A stretch of 30,972 bases of DNA from Tubiluchus corallicola (lineage: Eukaryota; Animalia; Priapulida): positions 1 to 30,972 of the forward strand of contig JAQGDQ010001645.1 of NCBI GenBank assembly GCA_030141605.1, in the 5' to 3' direction. This document shows positions 12,275 through 21,487 of the stretch, piece after piece (within the stretch, counting starts at the first letter, position 1; every line of letters starts with the position of its first letter). Under the pieces are notes generated by a model. That model saw nothing but the letters and a program-made list of their open reading frames with translations. It did no database searches and was not told the DNA's origin. Position numbers and translations under genes: made by a program.

Positions 12275-12766
12275 AGGAAAACCGGATGACTCGATTTCAT
12301 TTCAGTTTACTGTCCAAAATATACATTTTCTTTCCTATGAAAGTTGGCAGTTTTTTCTCATATCTGAATGATTGCCTTGGAAAGTTAGTCAACGGCAGCC
12401 AAACACAGCTATCGCTTATGTCACAAACTAACCGCAGTTGTGCAATGGTAGATGTCTTCCCTGCGTGTCAAGCACGGTTGCACAAGCAAAGATTTCTATA
12501 AGATGCTGATGTGATGTCACGAAAGTGAGCTCTACATCACACACGAACACTGCAGTTCATGGTCATACTTGTCACGGTACAACACCTATTTGTCAGCCAC
12601 ACGAATGTGGCAAAAAGGCACCATTGGCAGTCTTAGTGGATTCCTTGAGCTGCGCGTAGCTTTGAAGGTTTATCAAAATTTAGCTATCCGAGGAAATTAT
12701 TATTTAATCTAAGCTTTGATTTTAAAAAAGCTGTTGTAGTTTTCAGTATTTTAGAGCATACTTCAT
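12275..12766 (-). mobile_element. Dispersed repeat, TTAA-flanked non-autonomous DNA transposon (Kolobok-like), copy 1
   Basis: Begins TTAA|AGGAAAACCGGATGA. It is the diverged reverse complement of 20645-21148, sharing GTCACAAACTAACC, GAACACTGCAGTTCATG and TTATTTAATCTAAGCTTT. The second end was not located. Confidence 0.75.
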
Positions 12767-13018
12767 TTTGAACTAATGTCTATACAATCATCTACATTTC
12801 AAACACGTAGTTAGTACAATTATTACAAAAATCATTAATACTTTTCACAGTGAGTATCAAGCTGTCATAGCGTCATCAACTCTTTTCAATAATTACCAAG
12901 TTGCTCAACTTAGATTTCCTGTTTAGACAGCTATATATTATAATGCCTATAATGTATTCGAACTCTTAATCATTGCTTTTTTAATCTGGCTACACTTTGG
13001 CTAAGTTTCAGTTAACTG

Positions 13019-13166
13019 GAATTGTAGTTTGTCGCCATCTGGTGGCTGAAAACAGAACTCCGTATATTTTCGTTATTTATTTGTTTTACGAACATGTACT
13101 GAGGTAAATTTTGTTTTCAAAGTAAATTATTATTTTCAGCCACGAGATGGCGACAAACTACAATTC
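13019..13166. mobile_element. 148-bp foldback/MITE with 34-bp inverted arms
   Basis: GAATTGTAGTTTGTCGCCATCTGGTGGCTGAAAA pairs with TTTTCAGCCACGAGATGGCGACAAACTACAATTC (1 mismatch). No clear TSD. Confidence 0.8.
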
Positions 13167-13430
13167 GTCGTTTCTACAGCTCACCCTAGTGGGAATTTTG
13201 GAAACGTAGAAAATCGGAAAATCACGGAGCCCGTAAGAAACCGTGAAGTTTCGTGGCCACATTTGATTTGCAGCAACGGATAAACTGTTATTTTAAACGT
13301 GTACGATTAGTATACATATAGCTATTGCATTATTATTATTGATTAAAATTAGTCGTTGACCGTTACCGTTACGGTCGTGATGATGCGTCAACATTTAGCG
13401 AAAATATTTACATAAAAAATTCCCTACAGC

Positions 13431-14051
13431 CAATGGCGTGGCTATTGGGGGGAGCAATTTCAGAACCACTTTTTCAACGTTGGCACCTTTTCAACAATTT
13501 TTAGTTCACTTGTTGCTGAACGATCGTTTTGTCTTTTTGAATTAGATAAAGTCCAACCTTCGTTCTACAATAGACAAGGATAGGTTGTCTGGGTTAGCTT
13601 TGTTTTCCATTGAAAGAGAGTGGCTACTGAGGTGGATTATAATAAAGTTATAAAATACTTTGCTGGAATGAAGCCTAGATGAAAGTGAATGTTGTAGTTC
13701 CTTCGTGATACATTTTTCACAATGATTCATTTTGTTTTCATTTTGCATTTAAATTTAAAATAATTAAATAACATGTGTGTCTTTATTATGTTTTGATATT
13801 TAAGACCTTACTATAAAACTTTTAATTTTAAATACAACATAACAATTATATACTTCATTTAAAACTGTATCTTCCTCGTGTTTTGATTTTAAACACAAAA
13901 TAATGTATATAGTCAATGCATTAGAAATTGTTTGGTGTGTTTCACTGCGCCTCGGTTGCTCCCTCTAACTTTAGAACATGGCTACGCCCCTGTCACTGCG
14001 TCTTTTTTATGTGCTTGCTCCCCCTAACTTTGGAACCTGGCTACGCCCCTG
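13431..14051. mobile_element. hAT-like MITE with a tandemly duplicated right terminus
   Basis: Left end CAATGGCGTGGCTATTGGGGGGAGCAA. The right end TTGCTCCCYCTAACTTTRGAACMTGGCTACGCCCCTG occurs twice, ending at 13992 and 14051. Flanks CCTACAGC and TGTACAGC match 6/8. Confidence 0.65.
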
Positions 14052-14663
14052 TGTACAGCCTACGAATAAACTCTGGGCATGTTTAAGTTTAGGAATAAAT
14101 AGAAAAGTGTGACAACGTACAGTTGTATACTTTTCATTGAGAAATATCTGAGAGTCTTGTGAAGACGTTTCACAGGGACATCATGACCTTTGTTAGATAA
14201 ATATACATACAGTATGTTTATTCGCTTGAATGATGCGATGTATTATTTCTGTTAACTCGTTTCAACTTTTAACTTTTCCGCTTATGCATTTACTGTTACA
14301 GTTTGGAGGCAAGCATTCTCTATCAGGAAGCGAATTCGAATGGATTTTTTTACATTCGACTTCGATTCAAACCGATTTTTTTCTATTTTCGAATCCGAAT
14401 CGAATTCAGTTTCAAAGATTTTCGAACAGATTTTTGAGTCATTGTTAAAAAGCGGTCTCACAAAGATCATGCATATTACTTGATTTTGTTCTGCAATAAA
14501 AAAACTAATCATTTGTTTGAAAATTGTGCAGAGATTTCGCAGCTAAATTGAGCTGATTTCATGACATTTCAAACGTTTTAACGATAAAGAACGTACGCAG
14601 TTGAAGTGCTGAATTATTCGAATCTAGAATTTGTGTTCGAATCGAATTCAAACGGTGCGTGAT

Positions 14664-15955
14664 TAGGGTTGCCACTCCTGATTTGGTTAGAAGTCGAGGG
14701 TTGCCACCACTCCTGATTTGGCCTGGAGACGAGGGTTGCCACCACTTTTTATTTAGCCTGGAATCGGGGGTTGCCAGCACTTCTGATTTGGCCTGGAGTC
14801 TAGGGTTGCCACAACTTCTGATTTGGCTTGGAGTCGAGGGTTGCCATCACTCCTGATTTGGCCTGGAGTCGAGGGTTGCCACCACCCCTGATTTGGCCTG
14901 GAGTCGAGGGTTGCCACCACTCCTGATTTGACCTGGAGTCGAGGGTTGCCACCACTCCTGATTTGGCCTGGAGTCTAGGGTTGCCACCACCCCTGATTTG
15001 GCCTGGAGTCTAGGGTTGCCACCACCCCTGATTTGGCCTGGAGTCGAGGGTTGCCACCACCCCTGATTTGGCCTGGAGTCCAGGGTTACCACCACTTCTG
15101 ATTTGCCCTGGAGTCGTGGGTTGCCACCATTTCTGATTTGGCCCGGAGTCAAGGGTTGCCACCACTTCTGATTTGGCCTGGAGTCGAGGGTTGCCACCAT
15201 TTCTGATTTGGCCCGGAGTCTAGGGTTGCCACCACTTCTGATTTGGCCCGGAGTCTAGGGTTGCCACCATTTCTGATTTGGCCCGGAGTCTAGGGTTGCC
15301 ACCACTTCTGATTTGGCCCGGAGTCTAGGGTTGCCACCATTTCTGATTTGGCCCGGAGTCTAGGGTTGCCACCACTTCTGATTTGGCCCGGATTCTAGGG
15401 TTGCCACCATTTCTGATTTGGCCTGGAGTCGAGGGTTGCCACCACTTCTGATTTGGCCTGGAATCGAGGGTTGCCACCACTTCTGATTAGGCCCGGAGTC
15501 TAGGGTTGCCACCACTCCTGATTTGGCCTGGAGTCGAGGGTTACCACCACTTCTGATTTGGCCTGGAGTCGAGGGTTACCACCACTTCTGATTTGGCCTG
15601 GAGTCGAGGGTTGCCACCACTCCTGATTAGGCCCGGAGTCTAGGGTTGCCACCACTCCTGATTAGGCCCGGAGTCTAGGGTTGCCACCACTCCTGATTTG
15701 GCCTGGAGTCGAGGGTTACCATCACTCCTGATTTGGTCTGGAGTCGAGGGTTGCCACCACTCCTGATTAGGCCCGGAGTCTAGGGTTGCCACCACTCCTG
15801 ATTTGGCCTGGAGTCTAGGGTTGCCAGCACTCCTGATTTGGCCTGGAGTCGAAGTTTGCCAGCACTCCTGATTTGGCCTGGAGTCAAGGGTTGCCACCAT
15901 TTCTGATTTGGCCTGGAGTCGAGGGTTGCCACCACTTCTGATTTGGCCTGGAGTC
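14664..15955. repeat. 35-bp tandem array, about 37 copies
   Basis: Unit KAGGGTTGCCACCACTYCTGATTTGGCCYGGAGTC. The 35-aa periodicity of the overlapping ORFs (3 x 35 nt) confirms the period. Confidence 0.98.
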
Positions 15956-16605
15956 TCCTGAAATTCAGCCATAGATTCGTAGTTCGGTCGAAACTTTGAA
16001 AATTTCTGAAATCTCCATAATTATGTTGAAATATAAGTGGAAAACCGGAAATACAACTTGCATGCCATAGAATCTTTGCAAAAGATTAAGCCAAGAAACA
16101 GCTGAACTATTAACTCTATCAACTCTTTATTAACTAAGGTAGTAAACTTATTAAATTAAATTACATGGCTTCATCATTTCATCCCTTCTACATTTTTTCC
16201 AGTTTTTGCTGCAGAAGCAAATAGTGCAAATCAAATATTCATCCGCTTTAGCTTTAATTCACACGACGCAAAGTGTTTAATAATTTCATGGATAAACCCC
16301 GATCCCAGAAACCTCAGCAAACTTGAGAAATGTGACTGGGAAGAAACTTCAAACATTGATGTACAGGCTGCACAAAAACAGGCGCTGTAGGTCTCAGTTC
16401 AGTTGTGTTAGTTTGTGACGAACTACAAACGTTCGACAGCTCATGCGTAAGCACAGCGCTAAATTTGAAATTGAATTTTTATCTTAAAACTTGCTGAGTT
16501 TTAGTACAACACACTGAACACCTTACGGTAGCACTGTACTTCAATTTTCGCTTTCGTAAACACGTGCAACACGCTCGTGGAGTATTTTTATTGTTGAACA
16601 TTATG

Positions 16606-16768
16606 TTAGTTTGTGAGGTCATTGATAATTGGACTCGCCTTTCGTTAATTAAGTCTTTAATGTACTAACTAATTATCAGACACGTTTTTGCAATATTATT
16701 CGTGTTAAAATGTAATTTTTCCTGTACTTGAAAACGGGGTAGTATATAAAAGATCATCCCGTCTGCCT
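16606..16768 (+). mobile_element. More distant relative of the TTAA-flanked dispersed element (terminal fragment)
   Basis: GTTAGTTTGTGA...CGTTAATT...TTTTCC...ATCCCGTCTGCCT|TTAA is collinear with the end of 20981-21152. Confidence 0.45.
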
Positions 16769-16787
16769 TTAAGCGCAGCACAAATTT

Positions 16788-17332
16788 TTGCCTCCCTTAT
16801 TTACTGATCATTTTTGTTTGAATGCTGAGATACATAATTACGATACACGTTATAGACTGAACTATCACTACATACAGTGAAACACAAATGTTAGAAAATT
16901 TTCTATTAAATGCAATGGGCCTTACATATGGAATTCAATTGCTCCAGCTATTAAAAATGCCAACTCGCTGTCCATATTTAAAAAAAATTATAAATTAAAG
17001 TTACTTGAAACATATAACTGATCACTCAATCATGATTTGTTGTTTTTTATTTTCAAAAACTTCCCCTCTAGTATAATAATATTTTTATTACTTCCCACCC
17101 GTATTTATATTTGTATATATTGTAATATTGTATCTGTATATATTGTAATTTTTTTCGTAACTAATTCTAGTGGCCTACCATAAGCTAGCTTCTTATGTCT
17201 CTAGCGCAGAATTCATGAATTGTATCAAATTTTTGTATTAGAAAAACTGATTATCGGTGCACATGTAATGTATATGTATATGTTTATTGCGAAATAAATC
17301 TATTAAATCTAAATCTAATCTAATCTAAAAAT
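16788..17332 (+). mobile_element. 5'-truncated CR1/L2-group (Crack-like) LINE: end of ORF2 plus 3' UTR and tail
   Basis: 16788-17021 translates LPPLFTDHFCLNAEIHNYDTRYRLNYHYIQ*NTNVRKFSIKCNGPYIWNSIAPAIKNANSLSIFKKNYKLKLLETYN*, with the HNYxTR and GPxIWNS...FKK motifs typical of this group and one internal stop. It ends in AATAAA plus (AATCT)n. Confidence 0.85.
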
Positions 17333-17923
17333 CTCTATTATTATCAACTCAAGCAACTAAATTGATAAACCAGAGTAAATAATGTGTAAAATACTGAATC
17401 AGACAACCAGCACATGTCTAGAAACCTAAAACCCCAGGCTCTAACACGTCTTTTTGTAAATCATTCACTACAAAGCTGAAATGACACAATTTGCACAGAC
17501 GTAGGAAGTAGTAGACTAACACGACAGTGCTGCCACCACTCCAGATTTTACACAGATTTGAATGAAAAAAGTTAAAATTGCGTAGGTGATACGACGATAC
17601 AAAAAGTAAATTTCTTGCATTTATAACTCACTCTGTCTGTCAGTTTATGTGTTCATTATCTAATCACGTGACATTTTAACAATTATTTAACGTTTACTAA
17701 ACGCTGTAGGCATAATCATGGACTCAAGTTCAAAGTTTGAGCTAATTCTCAAACTGTTCTGTTCTACATATTAAATATCTATAACAACGTCACGATTATA
17801 GTAGAATTTCCTGCAAGTTTCTTGGCGGTAAAGAATCAATTCACAATACCATCTTGTCTGCTTGGTATGTCGAATTAACATTATGGGCTATCGTAGTATT
17901 GTGGAAATAAAACACAGATTTAA

Positions 17924-18379
17924 CCCTTTCAGTCCCAAATTATTTTTTAATAAGGAATTTTTTTTTGGCTCGGTACTTTTGTTCAGTATGTCCATCTCGT
18001 TTACACATAATAATTATTTTTTCTACCTGTGCCCTCGTGCTAAATATAGCCTGTATCCCACGGGATACATTGGGATTCAATGGAAGCATAAAATGTGCTT
18101 CATTTTGCAACTGCTGATAATTTTTAAAGTATTTAAAACATTTAGTATGCACGCTATGCTGATCTGTACAAAGTCATCTCTAAAGTACTGTACCTTGCGC
18201 AGTTTTTAGGCTATGTAGATTTTCTCGTTTGCCATTTTATCACCATTTTTAGTCTATTGTTATTGGCTTAAATCAAAATAACTATTAACAGATCAAATGA
18301 CTCTCAGTTTTAAAATTTTGTTAATTTTAAAGGTAGAAAATATTCTCATATCCCACGGGATACAAGGGGTATGAAAGGG
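17924..18379 (+). mobile_element. piggyBac-type MITE, copy 1
   Basis: TTAA|CCCTTTCAGTCCC ... GGGTATGAAAGGG|TTAA, with internal palindromes TATCCCACGGGATA. Homologous to 28600-29040. Confidence 0.9.
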
Positions 18380-18577
18380 TTAATCGTTTGTGTTATTCGT
18401 ACGATTTTTATTACAATTGTGCATTCATCGGCCAGGTCTAGTTAATGTAGGTTGACGTGGCGGGACCGCTTATAATTACTTCAATTACTATTATTATTAG
18501 CTAATTACTGTCTTCTAAAACGAGACATTGTCCTTCACACCCACAGACAGTATGGCAGATTAAATCTTCTATAGTGA

Positions 18578-18665
18578 GTATTCATTCATCCTTTTAGTTA
18601 TCAGGCTCAGCATTGCTTAACTTCAGCTGCTAAGCGTACCCATTGACCGCAGAGCTATTGATGTC
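18578..18665 (-). mobile_element. Degenerate SINE-like head, tRNA A-box-like plus 5S-like segment (second relic)
   Basis: The minus strand reads AATAGCTCTGCGGTCAATGGGTACGCTTAGCAGCTGAAGTTAAGCAATGCTGAGCCTGATAACTAAAAGGATGAATGAATAC. Confidence 0.45.
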
Positions 18666-18787
18666 TTGGTGTCTATGCGATGGTATCGAAGTTTGATTAT
18701 CTAGTTATCACTATAGTGTCGGTCGCTCGTTTATATTTTGTCAAATGTCTTTGCCTAAAATCAATAGATCACTGGAAAGAATGCACC

Positions 18788-19881
18788 TGATTGTACTTGA
18801 ATGTACTTGATTGTACTTAATTGCACTATATTGTATTTGATTGTACTTGACTGTACGTAATTGTAGTTTATTGTACTTGAATGTACTTGATTGTAGCTGA
18901 CTCTACTCGATTATACTTGACTATACTTGATTCTACTTGATTGTAATTCACAACACTTGATTGTACTTTAGTGTACTTGGTTGTACTTGATTGTACCTGA
19001 CTATACTTGACTGTACTTCACTGTACTTGGTTGCACTTGAATGTATTGATTATACTTGATTGTACATGAATCTACTTGATTGTACTGGACTGTACCTGAT
19101 TGTACTTGATTGTACTTTACTGTAGTTGGTTGTACTTGACTGTATTGATTATGCTTGATTGTACATGAATCTACTTGATTGTACTGGACTGTACCTGATT
19201 GTACTTGATTGTACTTTACTGTGCTTGATTGTACTTTAGTGTAGTGTACTTGATTGCACCTGACTATACTTTACTGTACTTGGTTGTACTTGACTGTATT
19301 GATTATACTTGATTGTACATGAATCTACTTGATTGTACTGGACTGTACCTGATTGTACTTTACTGTGCCTGATTGTACTTTAGTGTACTTGATTGTACCT
19401 GACTATACTTGACTGTACTTGGTTGCACTTGACTGTATTGATTATACTTGAATGTACTTGATTATACTTGATTGTACTTGATTGTACTTTACTGTACTTG
19501 GTTGTTCTTGATTGTAATCGACTATACTATACTGTACTTTACTGTACTTGGTTGTACTTGATTGTACTTAACTATACTATACTGTATTTTACTGTACTTG
19601 GTTGTACTTAATTGTACTTGACTGTACTATACTGTACTGTACTGTACTTTACTGTACTTGGTTGTACTTAATTGTACTTGACTGTACTATACTGTACTTT
19701 ACTGTACTTAGTTGTACTTAATTGTACTTGACTGTACTATACTGTACTTTACTGTACTTGGTTGTACTTAATTGTACTTGACTGTACTATACTGTACTTG
19801 TCTGTACTATACTGTACTTTACTGTACTTGGTTGTATTTGACTATACTGTACTGTACTTGGTTGTACTTATTTGTGCTTGA
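18788..19881. repeat. 10-bp-based low-complexity array (AYTGTACTTG) with emerging higher-order units
   Basis: About 110 decamers ATTGTACTTG/ACTGTACTTT/ACTGTACTAT, with a regular 50-bp unit in 19520-19870. Confidence 0.97.
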
Positions 19882-19996
19882 TTCTTTCAAGTGTTTTGTT
19901 GAGACATGCATACAGTGTTTCTCACCCAGTTGTATTTTCCTTATAAGTAAGTAAACCAGACTTACATGTCAACACAGTAGGAACTGAACTGACAGT

Positions 19997-20544
19997 TGTT
20001 GGCATCCTTCTGTCTCGGAAGACAATGGAGTGTGCGTCAAAAGAGTCAGTTATTGATCACATTGATGGAGCTTCAGCGTCGACTGTGCGCCAAGAGAGTC
20101 CGATCCTTCAACGTCTCCAGGGCGCACGCCTGGGCAAGGTGTATGGACATCCTGAGTTGCCCAGACAACAGGAACCCCCTCTCTTCCTCCCTGGTGTAGT
20201 CCAAAGGAAAGCGGAGCGATACGTTTAGCACCAGGTTGGCTGCAGGAGCTGCCGGAGTCAGTGAGCATGCAGCACTGGTCCGCCTTCGGGGCTCCACTCC
20301 TGATTTGGAAGGTTTACTCCTCTACACATGACCGTTGGGTCACTTGACCTCCTCTGCCCTCTAGCCATTGGCTGCTTGTACAGCTCCTCCGCCTAGTGTC
20401 GAGATACAGTGTGGGCATCCCGCAAGCCTATAGCACCTGGTATTCCTAGGCGGTCACCCATCCAAGTACTAACCAAGCTCCACGTTGCTTAACTTCGGCG
20501 ATCAGACGAGAACCGGTGTTTTCAACGTGATTTGACCGTAGTCT
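19997..20544 (-). mobile_element. 5S rRNA-derived SINE (SINE3-type), full length, 12-bp TSD
   Basis: A 120-nt 5S head is followed by a GC-rich body of about 425 nt ending GAAGGATGCCAACA. Flanking direct repeats TGAACTGACAGT (19985-19996) and TGAACTGATAGT (20545-20556) match 11/12. Confidence 0.85.
20424..20543 (-). rRNA. 5S rRNA: 5S rRNA sequence (head of the SINE, probably not a functional 5S gene)
   Basis: GACTACGGTCAAATCACGTTGAAAACACCGGTTCTCGTCTGATCGCCGAAGTTAAGCAACGTGGAGCTTGGTTAGTACTTGGATGGGTGACCGCCTAGGAATACCAGGTGCTATAGGCTT is a 120-nt metazoan 5S sequence with box A and box C. No oligo-T terminator follows it. Confidence 0.93.
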
Positions 20545-20644
20545 TGAACTGATAGTAAATCGATTCACTGAGCAACGACCTTGACATAGGGGTCAATTGC
20601 TACTTACACCTTTAAATGTTGCATTTATACATTGTGTAAACATT

Positions 20645-21148
20645 AAAGTATGCTTTAAAATATTGAAAACTACAACAGCTTTTTTAAATTAAAGCTTAGA
20701 TTAAATAATAATTATCTTGGACAGTTAAATTTTATTAAACTTTCAAAGCTACTCAGCGAATCTACTAAGACTGGCAATGGTATCTTTGTGTCACCTTCGC
20801 GTGGCCGACAAATAGGCGTTGTACAGTGATAAACACGATCATGAACTGCAGTGTTCGTCCGTGACGTCAGTGTGACGTAGAACTCATCTTCGTGACATCG
20901 CATCGACGTCTTATAGCAATCTTCGATTACGCAAACGTGCTTGACGCACAAAGAAGATACCTACCATTGCACAAGCTGTGGTTAGTTTGTGACGTAAGTG
21001 ACAGCTGTGTTCGGTCGCTGTTAATTGACTTTCCAAGGTAATTATTCAAATATCGGAAACAATTGCTAACTTTAATAGGCTAGAAAACGTATATTTTCCA
21101 CGGTAAATTAAAATTAGATTGAATGTAATCAATCGTCCAGTTTTTTCT
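20645..21148 (+). mobile_element. Dispersed repeat, TTAA-flanked non-autonomous DNA transposon (Kolobok-like), copy 2
   Basis: Reverse-complement homolog of 12275-12766. It ends TCGTCCAGTTTTTTCT|TTAA. Confidence 0.75.
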
Positions 21149-21487
21149 TTAAACACAAATGCTCTTGAGCATTCCGTTTCCAAGTAAACGAAATTGATTA
21201 TTCCATTTTCTTTTTGTTTGGTAAAGCAAAAGTTTGGTAAAGCTTGTCACGTTTCTTCACAAGCAAAAATCTTTTAGCATTTACATTATTTAGTTTTGAA
21301 ATCTCTCATAATGGCAAATCAAAGAGCCTTTTACATTTTTTCCAACGCTATGTATTATATCTGACGTTCGTTAAAAGGGACCTTTTACTGCTACTTGTCT
21401 GTGCCAAATGAATACTAGAAACGATGTGATTTTCCTGGAAAAACCACCTGACAAGGACTCGTCCCGTCTTGTCTTGTCTTTTTGCAG

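Noticed and set aside
14559-15972. Repetitive protein ORFs (WWQPSTPGQIRSGGNPRLQAKSGVVATLDSRPNQE)n
   Set aside because: The period of 35 nt is not a multiple of 3, so the peptide cycles through all frames and is broken by TAG variants. This is not a coding repeat.
19996-20297. Four overlapping ORFs in the GC-rich segment
   Set aside because: They are explained by low stop-codon density in the GC-rich SINE body, and no protein is recognisable.
20294-20308. 15-nt identity CCACTCCTGATTTGG between the SINE body and the 35-bp array unit
   Set aside because: Similarity does not extend on either side, and the match is too short to claim common origin without a search.
20424-20543. Functional stand-alone 5S rRNA gene
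   Set aside because: There is no oligo-T terminator, terminal helix I has mismatches, the copy is solitary, and a TSD encloses it together with 425 nt of downstream sequence.
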